Shown: positions 11,694-20,909, counted from the first letter of the stretch. The stretch: 64,000 nt of DNA from Streptosporangiaceae bacterium (GCA_036378315.1 DASUWU010000046.1:1253-65252), one strand, 5' to 3'. Notes: generated by a model not told the origin, from the sequence alone. Numbers and translations are program-made.

Positions 11694-11729
11694 CTTGACA
11701 GGTGAATTGACGGGAGGCCTTGACAGGTG
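11694..11729 (+). promoter_or_regulatory. Direct repeat CTTGACAGGTG x2 (plus a third TTGAC), candidate promoter/operator
   Basis: cttgacaggtg occurs at 11694-11704 and 11719-11729, with aattgacggg between them. This is about 160-190 nt upstream of the small secreted protein gene. Confidence 0.35.
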
Positions 11730-11884
11730 CGGTCGGTGGCCGGGTCCGGCGGGTTGCCGTCGCGGCCATGCCCTTCCGGTGCGCCGATGGCGCGACCTCT
11801 GATCGCAGAAAGCACTATTTGCTTACCTTGAGCTAATGGCGGGAGCGGCCAAGAGATGGATACACCGCGAAAGGAGACAAACCC

Positions 11885-12190
11885 ATGAACCCCCTCACTC
11901 CGATCACCATGGCGACGGTCGCGCTCGGCGGATTGCTGCTGGCTCCCCCGGCCACGGCCGCCGCGGCCGACACCCCGACCTATACCTGCCAGTCCCTCGG
12001 CGAGGACGGGCACGGCACGGTGATGGGCGTTCAGAACTGCCGGGCTTCCTCGGGTGCTGTCACAAACGGCACCTTTACCGGGACCTCTGTCATGCGCAGC
12101 GGTGATTACGGCTACTTCTTTACCTGCACGGCCGGCGGAGAGGCGAATATCCCCGACACGGTGACCGCCGACGGCTGCACCGGGCGGTAG
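11885..12190 (+). CDS. Small secreted cysteine-containing protein (hypothetical)
   Basis: RBS aaaggag lies 8 nt upstream. The signal peptide is MNPLTPITMATVALGGLLLAPPATAAAAD. The mature part is about 70 aa with 4 Cys. Confidence 0.65.
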   Translation: MNPLTPITMATVALGGLLLAPPATAAAADTPTYTCQSLGEDGHGTVMGVQNCRASSGAVTNGTFTGTSVMRSGDYGYFFTCTAGGEANIPDTVTADGCTGR

Positions 12191-12251
12191 CACCCGGCCA
12201 ATGAACCTTCCTACGTAGCATGGATCTACGTAGTTAAATTCTACCAAGATT

Positions 12252-12269
12252 GGCCGCCTAACGGCGGCC
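12252..12269. terminator. Hairpin between convergent genes
   Basis: ggccgcc taac ggcggcc followed by ttctcc. Two copies of the palindrome CTACGTAG (12211-12218 and 12226-12233) lie just upstream in an A/T-rich patch. Confidence 0.5.
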
Positions 12270-12290
12270 TTCTCCTGGACTAGGCCGGGA

Positions 12291-13901
12291 CTACGCCCGC
12301 GGGACGTCCCGGCGGCGGAAGGTGATGAACCCGGCCAGTACGAGCGCGATGGCGACGATGGCCAGTGCGGCAAGGGGACCGGGATCGGCCGTGCCGAGCG
12401 GAGGGTTCCCGACGTGCGTCGTGGGAGCGATGTCGAGCACCCACTGCGCGAGCTTCAGGCCGGGGCCGAGGAAGGCGATGAAGGTCGCCACCGCGTACGC
12501 CACCCAGGCGAACCCGAAGCCGCGCGGCCACAGGCCGAACAACGCCAGCGCGAGACCGGCGAACACCAGCTCCTCCGGCAGGTAGTCCAAGCCGGCCCTC
12601 ATGATCGCGGCGAACTCGTGGGTGTTCCCGACCGACCACGCGGTCGAAATCGCGAGGACCAACGACGAGCCGACGACGACGAGCACCAGCCCCGCCGCGA
12701 CGACCGTGCCGTGAGCCGCCAGCCAGCGGGCCCGGGAGAGCGTGCCGGCGAGCCGGGCTTCCAAGCGGCCCTCGGCCTCCTCGGCGCGGAGGGTGCCGAT
12801 CGCCTGGATGACGTACCCGGCGCCGATGACCGCCAGGTAGAGCTGGGTCGCGGCGACGAAGCCGTGCAGCGGGCGGCCGCCCTCGATGCCCATGGCCTGG
12901 GCCAGCGCGGGGTTGCCGGCCAACGCGTCGAGAAGCTGTTGGGCCAGCGCGCCCATCATTCCGGTGAGCAGGATCCCGCCGGCCAGCCAGCCCGCGGTCG
13001 CCGGACCGTGGATCCAGGCCGCGAAGCCGATCGGCCGTCGCCGCTGCCGGGTCGCTCGTGCCGGACCGGCGCCGCCACGCAGCAGGGCGCTGCCGACGTC
13101 GCGGCGGGCTGCCAGCCACACCGCCGCGCCGCAGGAGGCGAGGCCGGCGGCGACCGGGACGGCGAGCACCCACCACCGCTGGTCCCCGAACGGGGCGGTC
13201 TTCTCCGTCCACCCCAGCGGAGACAGCCAGGTCAACCAGATCTTGGCCGTGTCGCCGACGCCGCGCAGGACGTAGGCAGCGGCCAGCACGATCAGGCTCC
13301 ACGTGTAGACCCCGCGGGCATGGAGCACAAGTTGCGCCAGCAGGGCCGCGAGCCCGGCGAACGTGAAGGCCAGCGCGCCGAGCGCCGCGCTGTAGAGGAC
13401 CGCTCCGTACACCGGGACTCCCGAGAGCGCCAGCCCGGCGGCGAACAGGATGGACGTGACGAGTATCGCCGCGGTCGCGACGGCGAAGGCCGCCAGAGCC
13501 GGCTGGTGCCGGGCGATCCGGCCGCCGAGGAGCGTCTCGAGCCGGCCAGACTCCTCCTCCCGTCGCGTCGAGCCGGCGACCAGTCCGATGCCCAGCAGCG
13601 GAAGCAGGAACGAGGCCAGGAACCCGAACTCGTCCTGGATGACCCCACCCAGGCTGTCGATGCCCTCGACATGGCCGTTGATCGCGGCCAGCGCGCTACC
13701 GGAGGTGACCGCCTCGGCATAGGTGTGGATCTTGGCCGGGGTGTCGTAGATGCCGGCGACGGCGGCGGCCGTCCCGACCATGCTCACGGCGAGGGCGATC
13801 ACCCAGACGAGGATGCCGCGGCGGCGCGTGCGCCAGACGATCCCGACCATGGTGGCCAGGTCGCGCCGGCGGGGGCTCGCCGCACGGTGGCCGGCGCTCA
13901 T
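12291..13901 (-). CDS. ABC-2 type exporter permease
   Basis: 536 aa from the ATG at 13901, which overlaps the ATPase stop (ATGA). It is polytopic and hydrophobic throughout. The track ORF extends spuriously upstream into the ATPase gene. Confidence 0.8.
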   Translation of the reverse strand: MSAGHRAASPRRRDLATMVGIVWRTRRRGILVWVIALAVSMVGTAAAVAGIYDTPAKIHTYAEAVTSGSALAAINGHVEGIDSLGGVIQDEFGFLASFLLPLLGIGLVAGSTRREEESGRLETLLGGRIARHQPALAAFAVATAAILVTSILFAAGLALSGVPVYGAVLYSAALGALAFTFAGLAALLAQLVLHARGVYTWSLIVLAAAYVLRGVGDTAKIWLTWLSPLGWTEKTAPFGDQRWWVLAVPVAAGLASCGAAVWLAARRDVGSALLRGGAGPARATRQRRRPIGFAAWIHGPATAGWLAGGILLTGMMGALAQQLLDALAGNPALAQAMGIEGGRPLHGFVAATQLYLAVIGAGYVIQAIGTLRAEEAEGRLEARLAGTLSRARWLAAHGTVVAAGLVLVVVGSSLVLAISTAWSVGNTHEFAAIMRAGLDYLPEELVFAGLALALFGLWPRGFGFAWVAYAVATFIAFLGPGLKLAQWVLDIAPTTHVGNPPLGTADPGPLAALAIVAIALVLAGFITFRRRDVPRA

Positions 13902-14848
13902 CGCGCGGTCCCGGCAAACGTTTCGCCGGTCTCCCGGGCGTCGAGCGGCTCCCCGTAGTTGCTCAGGAACAACGCGTCGAGGCTCGGTGGGGTGACGGTC
14001 AGGGTGTGGATCCGCGCGGCGTGCAGGCTGCCGATCACCGCGTCGAGATGATCCGGGTCGATCGTGAACCTGGTGTCGACGTGCCCGTCCAGCCGTTCGT
14101 GGACACAGTCGGCCACGCCCTCGGCGCCGGCCAGTCCTTCGGGTTCGTCGACGGTGACCGCGTGTACCGACGTCCGGGTGTGGCGGCGCAGGTCGGCGAG
14201 GGTGCCGGTGGTGACGGTGCGGCCGCGGCGGATGATGCTGACCCGGTCGGCCAGCGCCTCGACCTCGCCGAGGATGTGGCTGGAGAGCAGCACTGTGACG
14301 CCGTCCTCCCGCCGCTCGCGTACGCACTGCTGGAATGCCTGCTCCATCAACGGGTCGAGTCCGGCGGTGGGTTCGTCGAGGATGAGCAGATCCGCATCCG
14401 CGGCCAACGCCGCCACGAGGGCGACCTTCTGGCGGTTGCCTTTGGAGTAGTCCCTGATCCGCTTCGTCGGATCGAGATCGAACCGTTCGATCAGCTGTTC
14501 TCGCCGCTTCTCGTCGACCCCGCCGTGCGTCGCGCCGATCACGTCGAGGCACTGGCCGCCGGTCAGGCCGGGCCACAGCGCGACGTCCCCGGCGACGTAG
14601 GCCAGGCGCCGGTGCAACTCGGCGGCCTCGCGCCAGGGATCGGCGCCGAACAGCCGGACGTGGCCGCCGGTGGCCCGGATGAGCCCGAGCAGGATGCGGA
14701 TGGTGGTGGACTTGCCCGCCCCGTTGGGGCCGAGGAAGCCATGGACCTCACCCGGACGCACGGTGAGGTCCAGGCCGTCGAGGGCGCGAACCTTCCCGAA
14801 CGCCTTGGTGAGGTCCTGGATATGGATGACATCGGTCGGGTGGTTCAC
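13898..14848 (-). CDS. ABC transporter ATP-binding protein
   Basis: Walker A GPNGAGKST, signature YSKGNRQK, Walker B LLILDEPTAGLD. The GTG start overlaps the TetR stop (GTGA). Confidence 0.92.
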   Translation of the reverse strand: MNHPTDVIHIQDLTKAFGKVRALDGLDLTVRPGEVHGFLGPNGAGKSTTIRILLGLIRATGGHVRLFGADPWREAAELHRRLAYVAGDVALWPGLTGGQCLDVIGATHGGVDEKRREQLIERFDLDPTKRIRDYSKGNRQKVALVAALAADADLLILDEPTAGLDPLMEQAFQQCVRERREDGVTVLLSSHILGEVEALADRVSIIRRGRTVTTGTLADLRRHTRTSVHAVTVDEPEGLAGAEGVADCVHERLDGHVDTRFTIDPDHLDAVIGSLHAARIHTLTVTPPSLDALFLSNYGEPLDARETGETFAGTAR

Positions 14849-15483
14849 GAGGGATCCTCCTCGGGCGCGGCCACGAACGCGCCCTTCGTGTAGACGTCGG
14901 TGACCTCTTTGGTCCAGCGGGTGATGCCCTCCGCCGTGAGCGGGTCGACGCCGATCGCGGCGGCGATCTGGTTCCGCAGCAAGACCAGCGCCAGGTCGTT
15001 GACCAGGAGGAACGCCGCACGAACCGCCGGGTCCTCACCCGGCCGGACGGCGCCCATCTCGGCCATGGAGTCGAGCAGTTGGCGAGTCAGTGCGTACCAG
15101 CGACCGAACAGCGCGGCGCCCGCCGGGTCGTTGACGAGCAACAGGCGGCGCAGGTACGCGGGCAACGGGGAGCCGTGCGGGAAGGCACGCGCGAACATCT
15201 CGGCGATGGACGCCCAGTTGTCCCCGGTCAGCGCCTCGGCGAGCTCCTGCCCGTCCATCGCGAAGAGCGAGTCGAAGGCCTGCGCGGCATAGCCGTCCAC
15301 CGCGGCCCGCAAGCCCTCCTTGCTGCCGAAGTGGTGCACCACGAGCGCGGGTGACACCCCCGCCGCAGCGGCGATCTCCCGCACCGTGACGGCATCGTGC
15401 CCGCGCTCGGCGAACAGGCGAAGCGCGGCGTTGCGGATGTTGGCCTTGGCCGTGAGGTCCCCCTCATCAGCGACTGAACTCAT
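14845..15483 (-). CDS. TetR family transcriptional regulator
   Basis: IRNAALRLFAERGHDAVTVREIAAAAGVSPALVVHHFGSKEGL. I chose the start at M13 (15483) because an A/T-rich palindrome sits there. 15519 is the alternative. Confidence 0.85.
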   Translation of the reverse strand: MSSVADEGDLTAKANIRNAALRLFAERGHDAVTVREIAAAAGVSPALVVHHFGSKEGLRAAVDGYAAQAFDSLFAMDGQELAEALTGDNWASIAEMFARAFPHGSPLPAYLRRLLLVNDPAGAALFGRWYALTRQLLDSMAEMGAVRPGEDPAVRAAFLLVNDLALVLLRNQIAAAIGVDPLTAEGITRWTKEVTDVYTKGAFVAAPEEDPS

Positions 15484-15508
15484 GTTCAGTACATTAAACA
15501 CCTGAACA
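15483..15508. promoter_or_regulatory. Inverted repeat at the TetR start, candidate autoregulatory operator
   Basis: TGTTCAG tacattaaacac CTGAACA, unusually A/T-rich for this DNA. Confidence 0.45.
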
Positions 15509-15591
15509 GCGCGATGCAAGAGACCTGGTCACACCCCATCGTCCGAGTGCTGACAGGCCTGGCGTCGTGGCGTGCCGGGAATGACCGCCGG

Positions 15592-18075
15592 TCAGTCGAT
15601 CGCCTGCCGGGTGAGGGCGGGCGGGCGGCGGGTGGGCAGGAGCCAGGCCGTGGCGGTGGCGAGCAGCGGGACGCCGGCCACGGTGGCGACGAGGCTGAGC
15701 ACGGGAACGTGGCTCAGCATGCCGAGATGCCGCACGTACGCGCCGAACAGGGCCAGGTAGGCACCCATGGTGCCGAGCAGCGCGCCCAGCAGGGCGAGCC
15801 CGCCCGCGGTGGCGGCCGCGAGCGTCCGGCGGATCGAGCCGGTCGCGCCCGTGGCGATGAGGGTGCGCAGGTCGCGTGCGCTCTCGCCGCGGATGAGTCC
15901 CACGGTCATGGCGAGCACGCCCAGGGCCACCAGTGCCCCGGCGATCGTCGCGACGGTACGGACCGTCGCCAGCGAGCGTTGTTCGTCCCTGCTCTCGAGC
16001 GTCAGGCCCGCGTTGACGGACATGTGCTTGGCCGCCGTGATCTGCGCGGCGGTGAGCGGTTGGTCCGCCTCGATGAGCCAGCCGACCGGCGCGGCCTGCC
16101 AGCCCGCGCGGCGTAGCCCGTACGGGGTGATGAGCGTGCTCGGGCCTGAGGAGTAGCGCGGCACGTCGACGTGCTCGGTGCGCGGCGTGGGGGCGTCGCG
16201 CGCCGCGTTGACGTAGCTCAGCGGGCCCGGCTGCGAGGTGAGGACGTCGACGTCGGGCCGGGGGGTGAGGCGGAGGCGCCGGAGCAGGTCCGGGGTGGCG
16301 ACGTAGACCATGCCGACGTCGCGGAAGCTGTTCGACCCCACGTGCCTGCCGAGCCCGATCATCGGGCGGACCGCCTTTCCGTGCGATGTTTCCCGGTCCT
16401 CGTCGCCGACGGCGGCGTACAGGGCGACCACGCTGGAGTGGGGGAGCGTGGCCGCGAACCGGTCGACCTGGGACCGCAGGCCGGCCACCTGCGCGGGCGT
16501 ACGTTCCGGGACGACGGGGCCTGTGGTGCCGATGCGCACCAGTAGCTGCCGGTCCGACAGGTTGCCCTCGGCGGCCGGATGCTTGGCGGTGGTCGCGATG
16601 ATGGCGACGGCCACCGCCATCCCGAGGGCGAGGCTGATGGCGGCGAGCGCAGCGGCCGATCGTGCCTGGTAGCGGACCAGGTCGCGGAACGCCAACCGGA
16701 CCGCGACGGGGAGCCGCGACCCGCTCCCGCCGAACACGCGGACCGCGAGCGGGCCGGCGAAGAGGATCCCGAGGGCGATGGCGATCGTGCCGGCGAGGAA
16801 CAGCGGCGGGTTGGCGTGGTCCTTGGCCGTGTCGACCCCGAGCGCCAGACAGCCGACGCCGGCCATGAGGAGGAGGACGGCGGCGATGGCCGGGCGATGC
16901 GCCTGCTTCGGCCGCGGCGGCCGCGCGGACAGGGCCCGCACGATCGGCACGCGCGCCGCGGTCCTGGCCGGCCACCAGGCGGCCGCGGTGGCCGTCGCGA
17001 CGGCGAGGACGACGTCGGCTCCGATGATCGCCCAGGGGACGGCGAGGCGGTCGATGCGATGCCCGGCCGCCGGCTCCAGCCACGGGGCGCCGGCGAACCA
17101 GCCGGCCAGTCCGGCGGCCGTCCCGATCAGCGCGGCGATGCCGCCGATCAGCGCGCCGCCCGCCAGCATCACCAGGCGCAGGTGCCGCGCGGTCGCGCCG
17201 ATCGCGGCGAGCATGCCGAGCTGGCGCAGGCGGCGTTGCGCCACGACGGCGAAGCCGGCGGCGGCGATGAACGCGACGAGGAGGAGGGTCAACGTGGTGG
17301 CCGCGAACGCGACCAGGGCCGCGGCGCCGTTCTCCGTCCGTCCGCGCTCCCGCACCGTCGGCCGCGCCCCGCCCGCGCCGCGGAACGACGCGACCCGCTC
17401 GGCGTCCGCCCGCACCAGGATGGTGGTCGATTCGGCCCGTGCATGAGCCTGCGGCGCCACCAGGGCGAACGTGTCGCTCAGGTCGCTGGGATTCTCGACG
17501 GTCCCGACGACGGTCAGGCGGCTGCCGGCGAGGACGAGCGACCGCCCGAGGCCGGTATCGAAGAGGCTCGCAGCGTGATCGGTGAGCGCGACCTCGCCGG
17601 GCCGCGCCGGATAACGTCCTGCGCGCAGGCGCAGCATCGGCCGGCCGTACGGGCCGTGCGGGTCCTGGGCTCGTACGTCGACGGTCTGGATCGACCCGGG
17701 AACCGGCGCTGCGGCGTGATTGATCACATCGATGGTGCCGAACCACTTCCGGGCGGCGGCGATGCCGGCGTCGCCGGGACCGTCGAGCTGGATGCGCGCC
17801 GTGGCCGTGCCGAAGTCGGCGGCGCGCAACGGGACCATGTTGGAGGCGACCGACGCGCTCAGCACGGCGGCCGTGACGGCCAGGCCGAGCAGCCCCAACG
17901 TCAGGATCTGCTGCCGCCAGTCGCGGCGGAACAGCCGCCAGGCCCAGCGGACCAGCGCCCGGCGGGCCGCGACACCCCCATGGCCGCGTCCATTCCCGCG
18001 CCACCCGCCGGTGGCGGGCCGGGCCGCGTGCTCCCTCGTGCCTGCGCTCATGCCTGTGCTCATGCCTGCGCTCAT
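15592..18075 (-). CDS. FtsX/MacB-type ABC permease (two FtsX domains)
   Basis: 827 aa from the ATG at 18075, which overlaps the ATPase stop (ATGA). There are two blocks of 4 TM helices separated by large extracytoplasmic regions, as in DevC/MacB-like permeases. Confidence 0.8.
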   Translation of the reverse strand: MSAGMSTGMSAGTREHAARPATGGWRGNGRGHGGVAARRALVRWAWRLFRRDWRQQILTLGLLGLAVTAAVLSASVASNMVPLRAADFGTATARIQLDGPGDAGIAAARKWFGTIDVINHAAAPVPGSIQTVDVRAQDPHGPYGRPMLRLRAGRYPARPGEVALTDHAASLFDTGLGRSLVLAGSRLTVVGTVENPSDLSDTFALVAPQAHARAESTTILVRADAERVASFRGAGGARPTVRERGRTENGAAALVAFAATTLTLLLVAFIAAAGFAVVAQRRLRQLGMLAAIGATARHLRLVMLAGGALIGGIAALIGTAAGLAGWFAGAPWLEPAAGHRIDRLAVPWAIIGADVVLAVATATAAAWWPARTAARVPIVRALSARPPRPKQAHRPAIAAVLLLMAGVGCLALGVDTAKDHANPPLFLAGTIAIALGILFAGPLAVRVFGGSGSRLPVAVRLAFRDLVRYQARSAAALAAISLALGMAVAVAIIATTAKHPAAEGNLSDRQLLVRIGTTGPVVPERTPAQVAGLRSQVDRFAATLPHSSVVALYAAVGDEDRETSHGKAVRPMIGLGRHVGSNSFRDVGMVYVATPDLLRRLRLTPRPDVDVLTSQPGPLSYVNAARDAPTPRTEHVDVPRYSSGPSTLITPYGLRRAGWQAAPVGWLIEADQPLTAAQITAAKHMSVNAGLTLESRDEQRSLATVRTVATIAGALVALGVLAMTVGLIRGESARDLRTLIATGATGSIRRTLAAATAGGLALLGALLGTMGAYLALFGAYVRHLGMLSHVPVLSLVATVAGVPLLATATAWLLPTRRPPALTRQAID

Positions 18076-18797
18076 GCCTTCTGTCCGGGCTCGAGCAGCG
18101 ACTCGGGGCCCGCGGGCGCGACGGTCTGGTCGACCATCCGCCCGTCCCTGATGAACACCACGCGGTCGGCCCACGACGCCAGCCGCGAGTCGTGCGTGAC
18201 GACCACCCCGGCGACTCCCGACCGGCAGGCGGCACGCAACAGGCGCATCACCGCCTCGCCGTTGACGGAGTCGAGGGCGCCGCTCGGCTCGTCGGCGAGC
18301 AGCAGCTTGCGCTCGCCCACCAGGGCCCGCGCGATCGCCACCCGCTGCCGCTCTCCGCCCGACAGTTCGTCCGGGTGGCGGTCGGCCCGGTCGGCAAGGC
18401 CGAGCCGCTCGAGCACCGCGAGACCGGCCGCCCGCGCGTCCTTCGCGCCGAGGCCGTCGAGCTCCAGCGGCAGCGCGACGTTCTCGACCGCGGTGAGCCC
18501 GGCGAGCAGGTTGAAGTCCTGGAAGACGTAGCCGATCGTGCGCCGGCGCAGCCGGGCCCTGGCATGACGCGACATGGTCGACAGCGCCGCGCCGGCGACC
18601 AGGACCTCCCCGCTCGTCGGCTCCTCCAGGCTGCCGGCGATCGTCAGCAGCGTGCTCTTGCCGGCGCCGCTCGGGCCCATGACGGCCACCAGTTCGCCTT
18701 GGTGGACCGACAGATCGACCTCACGGAGCGCATGGACCTCGGCCGCGCCCGCGCCGTGCACCTTCGACACCCGGCGCAGCTCGAGCATCGTCGTCAT
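18072..18797 (-). CDS. ABC transporter ATP-binding protein (MacB/LolD-like)
   Basis: MTTMLELRRVSKVHG..., GPSGAGKSTLL, LSGGERQRVAIARAL, LLLADEPSGALD. The ATG at 18797 overlaps the padR stop. Confidence 0.92.
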   Translation of the reverse strand: MTTMLELRRVSKVHGAGAAEVHALREVDLSVHQGELVAVMGPSGAGKSTLLTIAGSLEEPTSGEVLVAGAALSTMSRHARARLRRRTIGYVFQDFNLLAGLTAVENVALPLELDGLGAKDARAAGLAVLERLGLADRADRHPDELSGGERQRVAIARALVGERKLLLADEPSGALDSVNGEAVMRLLRAACRSGVAGVVVTHDSRLASWADRVVFIRDGRMVDQTVAPAGPESLLEPGQKA

Positions 18798-19408
18798 CGC
18801 CGTGCCCCCTGACGACGTGCGGTCCGGCCCCCGGCGCCGGATGCCGGCGCGGCTGGTGCCGGTGTGGCGGGCGCGGGTGTGGCGGGCGGCGCCGGCTCCC
18901 GCAGGCGGATCTCCGCAGCGTCCAGCCACCGTACGACCCCTTCGAGCCGGAAGAGCTCGGCGTCCACGACGAGCGCCAGGCCCACGTCGCGCTCCGCGTC
19001 CTCGCCCCCGTGGGCCTTGAGCCGCGTGTACCGCTGCATCATCTCGACGAGGTGCCGGCGGTGGGCCTGGATGACCTCGCTTACGTCGACACCCGGCACC
19101 CGCAGGCTCACCAGCACCTTGATGACCAGCTCGTCCCTCGGCGGCGCCGCGCCGTCCGGAGCCCGGAGCCACCCGGTCAGCTCCTCGGTCCCGGTCGCGG
19201 TGATACGGAAGAGCTTCTGCGGACCGTCGCGGTCCGTGTCGTCGGACTCGACGAGCCCGTCGCGTTCGAGGCGCTGCAGGGTCGTGTAGACCTGCCCGAT
19301 GTTCAGCGGCCAGAGGTCGCCGGTCCTCGACTCGAACTCCTGCCGCAGCCGCAGGCCGTACGACGGGCCCTCGCTCAGCAACGCGAGCAGCGCGTGTCGG
19401 ATGCTCAT
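18794..19408 (-). CDS. PadR family transcriptional regulator
   Basis: MSIRHALLALLSEGPSYGLRLRQEFESRTGDLWPLNIGQVYTTLQRLERDGLV. The C-terminal tail is Pro/Ala-rich and repetitive. Confidence 0.9.
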   Translation of the reverse strand: MSIRHALLALLSEGPSYGLRLRQEFESRTGDLWPLNIGQVYTTLQRLERDGLVESDDTDRDGPQKLFRITATGTEELTGWLRAPDGAAPPRDELVIKVLVSLRVPGVDVSEVIQAHRRHLVEMMQRYTRLKAHGGEDAERDVGLALVVDAELFRLEGVVRWLDAAEIRLREPAPPATPAPATPAPAAPASGAGGRTARRQGARR

Positions 19409-19439
19409 GATTGGTCCGCACAGGTGATCATGTGAGGAC

Positions 19440-19464
19440 TATACCGAGTATCATACCCGGTATA
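19440..19464. promoter_or_regulatory. Near-perfect 25-bp palindrome upstream of padR, candidate PadR operator
   Basis: TATACCGAGTAT C ATACCCGGTATA: 12-bp arms with one mismatch, 32 nt upstream of the padR ATG, A/T-rich. Confidence 0.55.
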
Positions 19465-19478
19465 CAACTCCTCGCCGG

Positions 19479-20909
19479 CTAGAGCCCGATGGACTGGCGG
19501 AGGAGTGGGGCGTTGCGGCGCGCGACCGGGACCGTCTCGTGGGTGCGCGCGTCGGTGATGAGCAGCAGGGTTCCCTTGAAGCCCTGCTCCACTTCTCTGA
19601 TCCGGCCGAGGTTGACGAGGAACCGGCGGTGCACGCGCAGGAATCCCTTGTCCTGGAGTTGTTGCTCGAGGCGGTCGAGGCCGCGGGTGGCGGCCTGCAG
19701 GCGTCCTTGGTCGCTCGTCAGCCACACCTTGTTGTGGTCGGCCTCGGCGAACCGGATCTCGCGGGGATCGAGGAGCACCCACCGGTCGTCGCGCAGCGCG
19801 ATGACCCGGCTCGGCAGCGCGCGGGGCTGGGAGGAGGCGAACAGCGGGTCGCTCGACGACGCCCCGAAGGTGTCGGGAGATCCGAAGGCGGCCAGCACGC
19901 CGATCACCCTGGTACCGGTGAGCACCGGGCGTACCGAGACCCAGACGGGTGTGCCCAGGAACGGCACGAAGATCTGTGTCGATCCGGTCCAGTGCGGATC
20001 CTGCCTGGCGCGCTCGACGGCGCGCCGGGTCAGCCGCGGCAGGGTGGGCAGTTGCGGAGTCCACCGGTGGGCCGGCGCGTACGCCGGCGTATCAGCCGGC
20101 GTGCCCATCAGCGCGGCCGCCTCGCTGTTCGCGAGCACGACGTTTCCGGCCGGATCGATCGCGGCGAGCGGGGTCGCCGGCGCCAGGCGGGCGTCGGTGA
20201 GGGCGGCGGCCAGGAGCGTGCCGCTCTGGTGTGCGCGCTGCCGCAGCTTGGCCTCGGTGGCCGCGGCGACTTTGCGCAGCCACGGCAGGACGGCGTCCGA
20301 CAGCGGTGACTTCCAGCACGAGATGTTCAGGACGGCGAGCGGTTCCTGGGTGACGACGTCACGGACGGCGACGCCCGCGCACGCCCACGGATGGAAGCCG
20401 CGGCACCAGTGCTCGGGCCCCCTGACCATGACCGGGCGGTGGCTTTCCAGCGCCGTCCCCATGCCGTTCGTCCCGCTCGCCCATTCGGACCAGGTGAACC
20501 AGGGAGCGAGGTTCCGGTCCGCGGCGAGGTGCAGGATGCGCCGGCTTCCCCAGGTCGCCAGGATGCGCCCGTCGGAGTCGGCCACGGTGACCAGCCCGTC
20601 GAGGCCGTCGACCTCGCCGGCGGCGGAGGCTGCCAGGCCGCCGAGCTCGGCGAACACCACATCGTGGTCGATGGAGTGCGGGCTCATCTCGACCGCGGCC
20701 GGCGCCTGGTCCAACCCGGGGTCGACCTCGTATTCCTCCCGGCAGCGGTACCAGGACATGAGGATCTCGGGCCGGACCCCGCGGACGGCGTCCGCGCCCG
20801 CGGCGAAGCTCTCCCAGGCGGCGGTGGTCCGCCTCAGGTCGTCGTCGGCCAGTCCCGGTCCGCTCGTCGCGTGTCCGGTACCGCTCGTTCGGTCTCTCGC
20901 GCCGTTCAT
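19479..20909 (-). CDS. GAF-type sensor domain fused to a LytTR DNA-binding domain
   Basis: N-terminal ILMSWYRCREEYEVDPG plus a GAF-like core resembles AcoR-type sensory modules. The C-terminal IRFAEADHNKVWLTSDQGRLQAATRGLDRLEQQL..GFLRVHRRFLVNLGRI is a LytTR domain. Confidence 0.8.
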   Translation of the reverse strand: MNGARDRTSGTGHATSGPGLADDDLRRTTAAWESFAAGADAVRGVRPEILMSWYRCREEYEVDPGLDQAPAAVEMSPHSIDHDVVFAELGGLAASAAGEVDGLDGLVTVADSDGRILATWGSRRILHLAADRNLAPWFTWSEWASGTNGMGTALESHRPVMVRGPEHWCRGFHPWACAGVAVRDVVTQEPLAVLNISCWKSPLSDAVLPWLRKVAAATEAKLRQRAHQSGTLLAAALTDARLAPATPLAAIDPAGNVVLANSEAAALMGTPADTPAYAPAHRWTPQLPTLPRLTRRAVERARQDPHWTGSTQIFVPFLGTPVWVSVRPVLTGTRVIGVLAAFGSPDTFGASSSDPLFASSQPRALPSRVIALRDDRWVLLDPREIRFAEADHNKVWLTSDQGRLQAATRGLDRLEQQLQDKGFLRVHRRFLVNLGRIREVEQGFKGTLLLITDARTHETVPVARRNAPLLRQSIGL

